Source of the DNA: Tetramitus jugosus
Lineage: Eukaryota; Protista; Heterolobosea
Direction: 5' to 3'
Assembly (NCBI GenBank): GCA_937625935.1
Contig: OW569349.1
Coordinates: 558,001 to 622,000 of the forward strand
Length of the DNA stretch: 64,000 nt
Both the position numbers and the translations under genes were made by a program. Of this stretch, positions 42,135 to 51,827 are shown piece after piece (position 1 is the stretch's first letter; the number at the start of each line of letters is the position of its first letter). The notes beneath the pieces were generated by a model that was not told the DNA's origin, did not search any database, and worked only from the letters and a program-made list of their open reading frames with translations.

Positions 42135-43502
42135 ATGCAAAAGCAAATCGTCTGCTTTAGCACACACTGGCCTCAGTATCAATCAAGTGCATCCTCTGTC
42201 AGGACCATCAACCTGCTCCATGCACTCCGTTCGCTTCTCCCGGGTCAAAACAAGGACAAGCCCATTCTGATGTGTTCACCGCAAAAATTGTCAAACGAAA
42301 AATTGAAGGAATCCCTGCAACAAGAGTTTACAAATTTGGAAATGTGTACTCAACCAATTAATGAAGGTCTAGTGAGTAGCAAGGACAAGCTACAAAACCC
42401 TCAAGTCGTCGTGTTTGACACGTTTGTTAGTGAAGAGTACTATGGAAGAGACATTCGGTCAAAGTTTCCCCACAGTTTGACAATCTGTGACACACAAGAC
42501 ATTCGGTCATTGAGATTTTTGAGAGAATCATTGATGATGGATTGTAGTGTGGCCAATATCATGTTCCATGATTTCGATTCTGTTCGTAACACTCTCAATG
42601 CACAAAAGGAACATTTGTTGTTTTCAGAGGTGTTCAAGAATGTGTTTCCAGATGTGAATAATCAACTGTTTTTAAGAGAACTCAGTTCGATATGGAGAAG
42701 TGATGCTAGTCTGGTTGTTTCTAGTCGCGAAATTGAATTCTTGCATCAAGTTTGCAAGGTGCCCAATGAAAAGATGTTGTTGTCTCCATTCATATTCACT
42801 CGTTCGAGTGGCAATGGTGAAGAGAAGCCATCATTTTCCAGAAGGAAACACTTTATTCATATTGGTTCCTTCAGACACCCTCCGAATAGAGATTCTGTTC
42901 TCGTGTTGAAGTATCATCTCTGGCCTCGGATCCGTTCTCAATTGGGTGATGACTCGGCAGAGCTTCACATCTATGGTAGCTATACGAGTCAGGAGTTTAT
43001 CGATCTTGATGATAAGAGATCAGGCTTTAGAATCAAGAAGCTTCTTCCGTCGATTGAGAAAATGCAAAAGTATCGAGTCAATCTAGCTCCACTGCGCTTT
43101 GGAGCTGGTATTAAGGGTAAAATTGCTGATGGGTGGTCAGAGTATACGCCATGTGTTACTACATGGGTTGGAGCAGAAGGAATGAACTTCGAACCACATT
43201 ACCCCTTTGCTGGCTTGATAGCAGAAAAGAGCTGGGATGAATTTGTTGCTCACAGTGTCTCTCTCTATTTGAATGAATGTTTATGGACTGAACAGAGTTT
43301 GTTGGCAAAAACAATCTCTACTTCACCTGAATCCTATCTATCGAATGAGAAAAGTTCCAAGCTTCTTCACAATTATCTCGCAAACGAGCTCGTGAATGGC
43401 AAGAAAATGCTGGACTACACTTCAGCGGTTGTCAGGTCCCAGGATAGCAAAAATGAGTACATGTCAAAGTACCTCCAATTGAAGAAAGAGCTCCAAAAGT
43501 AA
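42135..43502 (+). CDS. GT-B fold glycosyltransferase (GT4-like, bacterial-type family)
   Basis: WPQYQSSASSVR, DTQDIRSLR, RELSSIWRSD, IGSFRHPPNRDSV, LAPLRFGAGIKGKI, PCVTT.VGAEGM. True start is ATG 42135; the track N-terminus is the translated tRNA. Confidence 0.85.
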   Translation: MQKQIVCFSTHWPQYQSSASSVRTINLLHALRSLLPGQNKDKPILMCSPQKLSNEKLKESLQQEFTNLEMCTQPINEGLVSSKDKLQNPQVVVFDTFVSEEYYGRDIRSKFPHSLTICDTQDIRSLRFLRESLMMDCSVANIMFHDFDSVRNTLNAQKEHLLFSEVFKNVFPDVNNQLFLRELSSIWRSDASLVVSSREIEFLHQVCKVPNEKMLLSPFIFTRSSGNGEEKPSFSRRKHFIHIGSFRHPPNRDSVLVLKYHLWPRIRSQLGDDSAELHIYGSYTSQEFIDLDDKRSGFRIKKLLPSIEKMQKYRVNLAPLRFGAGIKGKIADGWSEYTPCVTTWVGAEGMNFEPHYPFAGLIAEKSWDEFVAHSVSLYLNECLWTEQSLLAKTISTSPESYLSNEKSSKLLHNYLANELVNGKKMLDYTSAVVRSQDSKNEYMSKYLQLKKELQK

Positions 43503-43544
43503 ATCCCCACCTCACCCAATCCCAGGCGCAAAGTAGAGATTGTT

Positions 43545-44303
43545 TTATGTCCATGCAACAGATGAAGCAACACCCACTAAAGCACCAGTTCTTTGATCGA
43601 ATCCTAAGATTAGAAATGGAAGACCTCCACATTCACCAACAATGAAACACTTAATACCAACCAGGTGTTTTTCCATCTCAACTTTCAGCTTGGAATAGTG
43701 TTCACTATTTTCACCTGCTTCTAATTTCTTCCATACATTCTTTTTCTCAGAGATTGGACAATCCCTTTGCAATTTCATTAAACTTCTCAAATCTTCCACT
43801 GACCAATTTGCATCAAGTTTGTGCTGTGGGTCAGCAAGTAAGAAACCTTCGACAGGATCAGATCCTTCACTATCAAATTCGTCACCAAAAGAAACATCCT
43901 TCATCATTCGATGGAACTTGTTTCGCAAAAATCTGTTCATTGTCATATCCTTCCAGTTATCGTGATGGTGTCCCACTTCCTGTGGATCAACTGTAACCAT
44001 ACCACAATCCCAATATGCCCAACCTTCTGGAAATATCTCTTCATCGTCTGTAGTAACCCAATCACATGATTCAACACAAGGAACTACCCTACAAGATTTA
44101 TGATGACTGATCATATCTTCTTGATTATGTCTTAACAGTGGTGTATTGAAGTAGAGTGTCTTCCATATATTGGATTTCGCGATATGATTGTAAAAGCGCT
44201 TATTGACCAAAGTAAATGTCATTAGGTCATTCAAAGCAAGAAAAGGTACGATTTTGTAAGAAATTAAGTCTTGTGTAACCTCTTCAAATGTATGATCTTT
44301 CAT
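43545..44303 (-). CDS. F-box protein with C-terminal NuiA (nuclease A inhibitor)-like domain
   Basis: F-box FEEVTQDLISYKIVPFL..NDLMTFTLVNKRFY...IWKTLY. C-terminal SEGSDPVEGFL...YSKLK..MEKHL..IKCFIVGE...LILG....GALVGVASSVAWT* parallels NuiA. Likely ATG at 44303. Confidence 0.72.
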   Translation of the reverse strand: MKDHTFEEVTQDLISYKIVPFLALNDLMTFTLVNKRFYNHIAKSNIWKTLYFNTPLLRHNQEDMISHHKSCRVVPCVESCDWVTTDDEEIFPEGWAYWDCGMVTVDPQEVGHHHDNWKDMTMNRFLRNKFHRMMKDVSFGDEFDSEGSDPVEGFLLADPQHKLDANWSVEDLRSLMKLQRDCPISEKKNVWKKLEAGENSEHYSKLKVEMEKHLVGIKCFIVGECGGLPFLILGFDQRTGALVGVASSVAWT

Positions 44304-44459
44304 AATGGTTTTGATTTTTGGTTCTGGTGGTTGGCACAAATAGTTTTCTTGAATGGGATTGTTCAACCAATTGATCGTAGATTCAACATCTACTTCCAGT
44401 TGCGTTGTAAAGGAAAATTCAACAATCATATAAGAATAGAAGCACAAAAACCTACATTA

Positions 44460-44526
44460 CTGAGGGTTCTCGAGTAGTCTCCTATCTCAATACTAACTCA
44501 ACCTAAGAGACTACTCGAGAACTCAG
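44460..44526. other. Intergenic hairpin, 16-bp perfect stem and 25-nt loop
   Basis: GTTCTCGAGTAGTCTC (44466-44481) pairs with GAGACTACTCGAGAAC (44507-44522), extended by CTGA/TCAG. Confidence 0.85.
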
Positions 44527-44666
44527 CCAGATGGTGCTTAACTTCTCTATTCGAAATGGGAAGAGGTGGTTCCACCATTGTATGAACGTAGACATTTGGT
44601 TGTTTTGTTCATTGCTTTTGCCGCCGGACCGAACTCTCGATAAAGAAATCGATATGATTGTGTGCC

Positions 44667-46031
44667 TCAAATTCTGCTTGCGTCAGAACATTTTACATCC
44701 GTTATAGTGCTTGTTGCGACTATCGTGTTACCTAATCCCACGATGCCAATCCAGTTGCCTGAATGAACGATATCTACTGGTTTTCCTGTAATAAGGAGGA
44801 GTCGTTCAATGCTTGTTTCGTAAGTATCGGTGTCTGATAGAGCCGATGCGTCATATTGAGGGCCCATGATTCTTACGATCTGTCCTACTTTCAGAGTACC
44901 ACTGAAAACTCTACCAACAGAAATGAATTTTCGCCCATCAACTTCAGGAATCATGTTAGAAATGTAAACCATCAGAGGACCATCGTCATCGCAATATCGA
45001 ATAGCAGTTGCATATTGATCATCGAGAGGACCCTTGTACAGTAATGGATATCTATACTTCTGGGCAGTGTCTGGTGAGGGTAATCGCTCAACAAAGAGCT
45101 CGACTAGAGCTTCATGAAGTGGAAGAAACTGCCTCATTACATTGTTCAACAAATCTTTTGTGGGTAAACCCTTCTCTGATATCGTCAAGTGAACATCAAG
45201 TGCTGTTAGCATCGAATCTAGCTTCGTCATATCACGGTCAATCGCAACTCTAAACAGCTGAAAGATTGGCTCCAGAACGAATCGACAGAACCCTCGTTTG
45301 AGTCTTTTTCCGGTACTTTTGGATACTTGATCTTTCTGCCACTTCTTTGAATCAGAACAATAGTACCATTCACCCCATAGTTTCTTCCGAATTGCCTCTT
45401 CATCCATTTTGAATTTCCGTGCGTACAACTTTGCAAATTGACCGATGGTGAACGCCCAGCCAATCTTCCCAGATCCTATCGCGACATTGCCCTTGAGAGG
45501 GTCCAACTCAAATCGATAACCGAGAGAGTGATCAGTGTGGGTGGAGATGATATCATTGGCATAGTCCACTATTCTCAGAATGCTTTGATAGAGCTCTTCA
45601 GGTTCTAATTGCAGTTCAAGAATTGCACGATCAATCTTGTTGATCATTAACACCGGTACAATTCTGTTTTTGAGTGCCTGCTGAATCCGAGCTTCGATCT
45701 GATAGCATGATCCCTCTACACAGTCCACAACCATCAAGGCTCCATCACTTGTTTGAAATGAACGTGATGTGTCTTCCAGAGAAAAGTCAACATTACTCAT
45801 GGAATGTACGAGATTGATTAGGTACTCTTGTTCTTGGTAGGGAAACATGAGTGAGGAGACTACCGCTGGATACCTGAAGATCACGTCCATTTCTCTCTCA
45901 CCAGTCCTGCATTTCGTGTTCACCTTGTGAGCTGCGTTGACCAGGGTATCAGTCAAGGTACTCTTGCCATGATCTACCGCGGCTATCAGAGTGACATTTC
46001 GAATGTGGGAGCTTGTTGGTGTTGTTATCAT
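44667..46031 (-). CDS. Truncated divergent eEF2 paralog (G domain + domain II), predicted GTPase-dead
   Basis: IRNVTLIAAVDHGKSTLTD, DGALMVVDCVEG, INKIDRAILELQLEPEELYQ, GWAFT..FAKLYA, LPSP..AQKYR, GRVFSGT. The G3 motif DSPGH is replaced by HSMSN and the ORF ends after domain II. Confidence 0.8.
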   Translation of the reverse strand: MITTPTSSHIRNVTLIAAVDHGKSTLTDTLVNAAHKVNTKCRTGEREMDVIFRYPAVVSSLMFPYQEQEYLINLVHSMSNVDFSLEDTSRSFQTSDGALMVVDCVEGSCYQIEARIQQALKNRIVPVLMINKIDRAILELQLEPEELYQSILRIVDYANDIISTHTDHSLGYRFELDPLKGNVAIGSGKIGWAFTIGQFAKLYARKFKMDEEAIRKKLWGEWYYCSDSKKWQKDQVSKSTGKRLKRGFCRFVLEPIFQLFRVAIDRDMTKLDSMLTALDVHLTISEKGLPTKDLLNNVMRQFLPLHEALVELFVERLPSPDTAQKYRYPLLYKGPLDDQYATAIRYCDDDGPLMVYISNMIPEVDGRKFISVGRVFSGTLKVGQIVRIMGPQYDASALSDTDTYETSIERLLLITGKPVDIVHSGNWIGIVGLGNTIVATSTITDVKCSDASRI

Positions 46032-46152
46032 CTGCTGGTTGTTCTGTTAATTTTGTTCGTTTGTGAACAAAGAAAATATGAACTCCGATTGCTGGAGAAT
46101 TGGAAGAGCTGAGTGTTTATGTGTTTGCGACAATAAAGTAGCTAACGTTGAC

Positions 46153-48648
46153 CTATAATCTTGGTCGTGGTGGTCTGGCTGCCTCACTGATTGCAGGAGG
46201 AACGACACGATCTGGGAAGAATCGTTGCTCGTTCTGAGCCATGCGGAGCAAGAGATCACAAGGCTCAAATCTCGATCCATATCTTGATTTCAATTCTTGA
46301 AGTCTTCGTACGATAAACTTGGCACCCAAAGCATCGGCATGAGAGAGCAATCCTCCACGGAATGGAGCGAAACCAGTACCAAATATCATACCGATATCCA
46401 CATCTTGAGGATTGGTTGCAATACCCTCCTGAAGAATCATCGAAGCCTCATTGATCATCATCAAAACCATTCTATCAATGACATCAGATCCAGGTATCTT
46501 GGTACCCTTGTATTGAGGATAGATCTGTCGTAACTTTGGATTCAATCCATCAAAGGCACCAGACACCTTTTGCGGCTTCACCTTATCAATTACGCTTGCC
46601 ACCATACTCTTCTTCTCCTTCTTGTAGTTGTAAATACCTGCACCAGTCTTCTTACCTAACTGACCAGCCTCCACCATCAAACTCATTGGGAATTGATCAG
46701 CAGAAGGGTCCACGATAAATCTCTCTCCCAAATCCTTCAATGTATGAGCAGAGTGAGCGGCAACATCGGCTCCGACTTCATCAATTAAACGGAATGGTCC
46801 CATTGGCAAACCAAAGTGTTTCACAATCTGATCTACTTGTTGAATATTGTATCCTTCATTCATCAATCTTTGTGCCTCGAGCAGGTAGATACCCAAAATT
46901 CTATTCACCAAGAATCCAGGTCCATCATTAACAACGATTGGTGTCTTACCCAATTGAAGAGCAAGGTTATAGCAATGCACAACTGTTTCATCGCTCGTCT
47001 TGTCGCCTCTCACAATTTCAATCAATGGCATTCTGTGCACAGGGTTGAAAAAGTGGAATCCAACAACATTGGATGGATTCAAGGAAACAGATGCCAATTC
47101 AGTGATGGACAAAGTGCTCGTGTTCGTACAAAAGATTTTTCCAGCATCTCTCAAAAGAGTAGCACCATCAACTCCTGGTCTGTCTCTCTGTAACTGCTTC
47201 ACCCACTCTTGTTCTGTTGCTTGTAAAATCTTCTTTTTGATGGCCATGTTTTCAACAGCGGCTTCAATCACAATATCACACTTGGCCAAAGATTCCATAT
47301 CGATACCACCGCTCACATACTGCAATAGGTATTGCTTCTTGCGTTTCTTCAACAATTCCTCAATGTGTGCCATACCCTTCTGAACAAACTCCTCCTTGAC
47401 ATCTTTCATGAAGACATGTGTATGCTTCTCGAGCAATTTTGATACAATCAACTGTCCAATGCCAGCACCCATGACGCCAGCACCAATCACGCCATATCTA
47501 GCAGTTGAAACGTTTGCGCCACCCTGCTTCATCACTGGTTGATAGACCTTGCTACCGAGCGCCCACTTTTCCCTCAACAATTGAGTTACTTCATCCCTGC
47601 TTGTGTTTGGCAATCTGTCCTTTTTGTAAATCTTTTTTGCGTCTTCGCTCATGAAAAAGACGGACATGAGATTCTTTGATTCCGGACTAGCTGCTGCTCT
47701 TCCAAAGTTCTCAGCCTCTTGCATGAGACTTCTTTGGTTTGGTGTTTTTGTGGCATTGTAAACAGAGTCAAGTGCCAAGTACGGTGCAGGATAACGACCA
47801 CCTGTTTGCTTGTCTAAATTGGCCAGAGCTTGTTGCGCAACAATCTTTCTTCCGATATAATTGTTGTTCAATAGCTTTTCCTGAAGAGACAAATACTTGA
47901 TTTGGTTGCGCTTTGGCAACGGTTTGTACAGGACACATCTCTGTGCATACTTGCGAACTTCGTTCACAAAGTGATTCTCTCCTGCCCATCGATCCGTTGG
48001 CTCATCGACAACATAGTCGACGAGACCTCTTGCCTTTGCAATCTTGGCATTGAATGTACCTCCAGGAAGGATCATTTGGAGAGCGGGACTCAATCCGATT
48101 AACCTTGGGGTTCTGACAGTGCCACCTGCACCAGGAATCACACCCAATTTCACTTCTGGCAACCCCACTCTGCCATTGAATGACAGAACACGATAAGAGC
48201 AAGCAAGTGCTAGCTCTAGGCCTCCACCAAGTGCCAACTCATTGATGGCAGCTACAGTTGGAATAGGAAGTGCCGCCAAGCGATCAAACAGAGCTTGTCC
48301 TCTCTGAGCTGCCATCTCGCCCAACTTTGCATCATTCACCTCCTTGTAAAGCGAATGAACATCGGCGCCAACCAAAAAATTTTTCTTGTCGCTCACGATC
48401 AGACAACCAGCAATTTTCCGATCTTTTTTGAGCAAATCGTCAATTGTATCGAGCGCAACACTCATATCTTGAACAAATTGACGGTCAATGATATTTACAG
48501 GCTTGTTCTCATTGTTTAAGTGAATTTCAAGGAGCGGATTCGATGGAGAATAAAGCAAGTAGACAGTAGGTGCATGGAGCACTTTGGTCATGGGAGCATC
48601 ATTCGTGAGCTCTTCACCACGAACGGTTACAACAACTGGAGATGACAT
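46153..48648 (-). CDS. Fatty-acid oxidation trifunctional enzyme alpha subunit (HADHA/FadJ-like)
   Basis: FLVGADV, ALGGGLELALAC, GLPEVKLGVIPGAGGT, GVIGAGVMGAGI, VIEAAVE, TNTS, HFFNPV, PMGPFRL.DEVG, GTGFAPFRGG; ends in -PRL. Confidence 0.93.
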   Translation of the reverse strand: MSSPVVVTVRGEELTNDAPMTKVLHAPTVYLLYSPSNPLLEIHLNNENKPVNIIDRQFVQDMSVALDTIDDLLKKDRKIAGCLIVSDKKNFLVGADVHSLYKEVNDAKLGEMAAQRGQALFDRLAALPIPTVAAINELALGGGLELALACSYRVLSFNGRVGLPEVKLGVIPGAGGTVRTPRLIGLSPALQMILPGGTFNAKIAKARGLVDYVVDEPTDRWAGENHFVNEVRKYAQRCVLYKPLPKRNQIKYLSLQEKLLNNNYIGRKIVAQQALANLDKQTGGRYPAPYLALDSVYNATKTPNQRSLMQEAENFGRAAASPESKNLMSVFFMSEDAKKIYKKDRLPNTSRDEVTQLLREKWALGSKVYQPVMKQGGANVSTARYGVIGAGVMGAGIGQLIVSKLLEKHTHVFMKDVKEEFVQKGMAHIEELLKKRKKQYLLQYVSGGIDMESLAKCDIVIEAAVENMAIKKKILQATEQEWVKQLQRDRPGVDGATLLRDAGKIFCTNTSTLSITELASVSLNPSNVVGFHFFNPVHRMPLIEIVRGDKTSDETVVHCYNLALQLGKTPIVVNDGPGFLVNRILGIYLLEAQRLMNEGYNIQQVDQIVKHFGLPMGPFRLIDEVGADVAAHSAHTLKDLGERFIVDPSADQFPMSLMVEAGQLGKKTGAGIYNYKKEKKSMVASVIDKVKPQKVSGAFDGLNPKLRQIYPQYKGTKIPGSDVIDRMVLMMINEASMILQEGIATNPQDVDIGMIFGTGFAPFRGGLLSHADALGAKFIVRRLQELKSRYGSRFEPCDLLLRMAQNEQRFFPDRVVPPAISEAARPPRPRL

Positions 48649-49231
48649 TGCTGTGTGTAGGAAAAGAAAAACTGTGTTTGCTTTGTTTTCGACGTCGATG
48701 GAGAATAACTTTTTCTTTTTTTTCCTGCTGGTCAGATCAAAATGTCCCGATAGTTTTTCTTGTCTGGGGTCTATTTTGATCTTTTCTCTTCCCCGTCATG
48801 AAATCTCCATTTGGCCAAATGACAGACCAGCAAGAACTACAATGACATAAAAATCCTGCAATTCCTCAGCAGGCCAAGGTAACAATCTGTTAAAAGGGAG
48901 AGTGGCTTCTGCGAGACGTGACGGTTAACTGACTCAGATTAGATTAGGACTCAGGGGTAGTTCTATGGAATACTTCTTTTTGAATTCGATGGAGCGCGTC
49001 ATTCTCCTCCTAACTCATGAGTACTTAATTCTGAGCACCCATAACATCAGGGATCCATTCTCCATGTCTCAACACAATTTGAAACCGTTTTTTTGTAGTT
49101 GACTAATTTGCCGAAACTTTTTTGATGTGGGTGACAAGAACGAGTGTTTGAGATCTTTATTCTTTGCCTCTTCAAAAACACGTCAAGAAAGAAAAAGCTT
49201 TTTCCAGTCGATCTAAGCTAACCTGCACAAA

Positions 49232-50509
49232 ATGGCTGATCTGTTAAAGAGTAGTGTTGAGGACATGTCCCTCGATGAAGAGTTTGAACAATACGAGTAT
49301 GAGACATTACTGGTTCATGGTGATCGCGCCTTCCAACCATCAGGTGTCTATGATGTTGCACCAGCCATGCACGTCACAACAACATACACAACACCCAACC
49401 CTAGTCACTTGGTATACAGTAGAGCACACCATCCAACAAGAGTTCGATTGGAGAAGTTGTTGGGTTTCATGGAAGGTGGTCATGCCATTACCTATAGCTC
49501 TGGTTTAGCTTGTGTTTCTGCTCTCATGCAACATATTAAGCCCAGAAAGGTGTTTATTGCTGCCAAGGAAGGATACTTTGGATGTCAAGATGTGATGAAC
49601 TTTTTTAAACATATTGTTGAGACATATGCTGATTCCAAAGACTCAGAACCTTTGTTCCAGGTGGTTGATTTGGAAACCTTGGATGATTTTATTGAGGAAC
49701 ATGCAGGGGAACTGAGCGAGAATCAGACACCCTCTGCCACCTCAGACACTCCTGTCTCTTTCAAGAATGGCAGACAGAGTCCATATGTCATCTGGTTAGA
49801 GACACCAAAGAATCCTTCTTGTTCTCTCGAGGACATTCAAATGTATAGCCAGAAGGCAAAGAAAATTGGGGCATTAGTTGTTGTAGATTCCACTTTTGCG
49901 ACTCCAATCTTGCAAAAACCCTTGGAGTTGGGTGCTGATTTTGTTGTCCACTCCGCAACCAAGTACCTCTCTGGTCATTCTGATGTCTTGGCTGGTGTTG
50001 TTGTGACTAAATCTGCGGAATCTTCCAAGAAGTTGCACAAGGAGCAGAGTGTCATGGGCAATGTTCTCGGTAACATGGAAACTTGGTTGTTGTTGCGTAG
50101 TGTGCGTACATTGCAAGTACGTGTCAATCAGCAATGCCAATCAGCATTGGTGGTTGCAGAGTGGTTGGAGTCCCAGATCAATAACCCTGAAACAAACTGC
50201 AGAGTGACTAAAGTGTGGTATCCAGCCCTGAAATCTTCCACCTACTACGATTTGTGTCAGACTCAAATGGGAGGAAAGGGATCTGGCATGTTATCTGTCG
50301 AGTTGGACACACCAGAGAATGCTGAAAAGTTCCCAGCACTTCTCAAGCTCATCACCGTTGCTGTGTCACTCGGAGGATATGAGTCATTGATTGATTATCG
50401 ATATATTTGGGATCATACAGTAAGTCCACTGTTGCTCCGAATTAGCATTGGTCTCGAGAATCCACAAGACATTATCAAAGATATCAAACACGCCTTGAAA
50501 GAACTGTAA
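49232..50509 (+). CDS. Cys/Met metabolism PLP-dependent enzyme (cystathionine gamma-lyase/synthase family)
   Basis: YSR..HPTR, YSSGLA, WLETPKNP, VDSTFATP, HSATKYLSGHSDV (PLP lysine), AVSLGGYESL, LLRISIGLE. Confidence 0.92.
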   Translation: MADLLKSSVEDMSLDEEFEQYEYETLLVHGDRAFQPSGVYDVAPAMHVTTTYTTPNPSHLVYSRAHHPTRVRLEKLLGFMEGGHAITYSSGLACVSALMQHIKPRKVFIAAKEGYFGCQDVMNFFKHIVETYADSKDSEPLFQVVDLETLDDFIEEHAGELSENQTPSATSDTPVSFKNGRQSPYVIWLETPKNPSCSLEDIQMYSQKAKKIGALVVVDSTFATPILQKPLELGADFVVHSATKYLSGHSDVLAGVVVTKSAESSKKLHKEQSVMGNVLGNMETWLLLRSVRTLQVRVNQQCQSALVVAEWLESQINNPETNCRVTKVWYPALKSSTYYDLCQTQMGGKGSGMLSVELDTPENAEKFPALLKLITVAVSLGGYESLIDYRYIWDHTVSPLLLRISIGLENPQDIIKDIKHALKEL

Positions 50510-50626
50510 GTCGGGATTTTAAAACTCAAAATGAAACTTCAAGATTGTAAGTAATTTGTAAGAAAAGAAACGCAAAAAAAAACAATAATTTCTCCATTCC
50601 ACATTATCACACGAGCGAGCTTGAAA

Positions 50627-51532
50627 ATGATGCAAATGAGACGAGCACTGCTGTTCACAACAACAACAACAACAAAATGCAACACAAATGCGCAAGTTAA
50701 TTCTCTTGCCACAATGATGAACAATTTGAGACCATTCCACTCCACAACCGCCACATGCAACACTGAACAATCACAACAGCAACAACAACCACAACAAAGA
50801 ACCGGAAAAGACAACAAACTAAAGATGAAGAGATCCATTTTGGAAGAATCGCAGAATCACAATGAAGACATTGACCTCACCACTGAAATGCCAAGAGTGT
50901 ATGAAGGTCAGTTCGAACCATCGAGACATCACGTCAAGCACGCACAAAAATCACCCGATGACAAGGAAAGCAGATTCATGTATCCAATGAGACTGGACAG
51001 ACATGACAACCCTGTTTTCAATTACTCAAAATTCACCGCTTACAACAAGGCAAGATACCCTGCCATTGAAACGAACAAGGTTGTGATTCCAAAGAAGCCA
51101 AGACATCCATACTCACCACCTACTCTGGATCAAGTTGACAAATTGATGGAGTTTAGAAAGGGTGTTGATTCGGATGATTTGATTGCATCGCGTGCCTCTC
51201 CACTCGTTCGTCAAGTTCTCTCCTGGAACAATGCATCACAACCAGAGTTGAACAGCAGAGCAAAGCAAATTGCAGTCAAGAGATTCCAGTTGCATCCAAG
51301 TGATCACGGTTCTGCTCCAGTGCAGATTGCTGTCATGACTGAGAGAATCAAGTACTTGACAAGTCACATGCAAGTGCACAAGCAAGACAAGTACACGGCA
51401 AGAAGACTTCAAATTTTGATGAACAAGAGGAAGAGAATGATGCAATACTTGAGGAAGAGAAACCCAGAACAGTACTGGAAGGTCATGAGAGGATTGGACG
51501 TCAAGGTCAAACAACAAATGTCTGCCTTCTAA
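50627..51532 (+). CDS. MRPS15: Mitochondrial ribosomal protein uS15m
   Basis: DHGSAPVQIAVMTERIKYLTSHMQVHKQDK...RRLQIL..KRKRMMQYL, with a transit-like N-terminus. Confidence 0.88.
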   Translation: MMQMRRALLFTTTTTTKCNTNAQVNSLATMMNNLRPFHSTTATCNTEQSQQQQQPQQRTGKDNKLKMKRSILEESQNHNEDIDLTTEMPRVYEGQFEPSRHHVKHAQKSPDDKESRFMYPMRLDRHDNPVFNYSKFTAYNKARYPAIETNKVVIPKKPRHPYSPPTLDQVDKLMEFRKGVDSDDLIASRASPLVRQVLSWNNASQPELNSRAKQIAVKRFQLHPSDHGSAPVQIAVMTERIKYLTSHMQVHKQDKYTARRLQILMNKRKRMMQYLRKRNPEQYWKVMRGLDVKVKQQMSAF

Positions 51533-51827
51533 TCTCTGGGAGAGAAAACAATAAAATTTACACATAACTATTCACACAGTATGGATGATATCATTCTTTC
51601 ATCTTCCGACACCGCACCCAATCCAAAATTGTTGCTTCCGCATGATGGTGACGTAGGGGAAACCTCCCAACTTCGAAAGCACAACTTTCCGTGTGTTGCC
51701 GACAAAAAACATTTCGACTTCCAAAACAAACAACTCCCACCACCACAGCTCTGTACAACAAACATTACCCATACCCACTATACCACCCCCTTTCTCACTA
51801 ATTTTTTATTATTAACATCTATTGACA

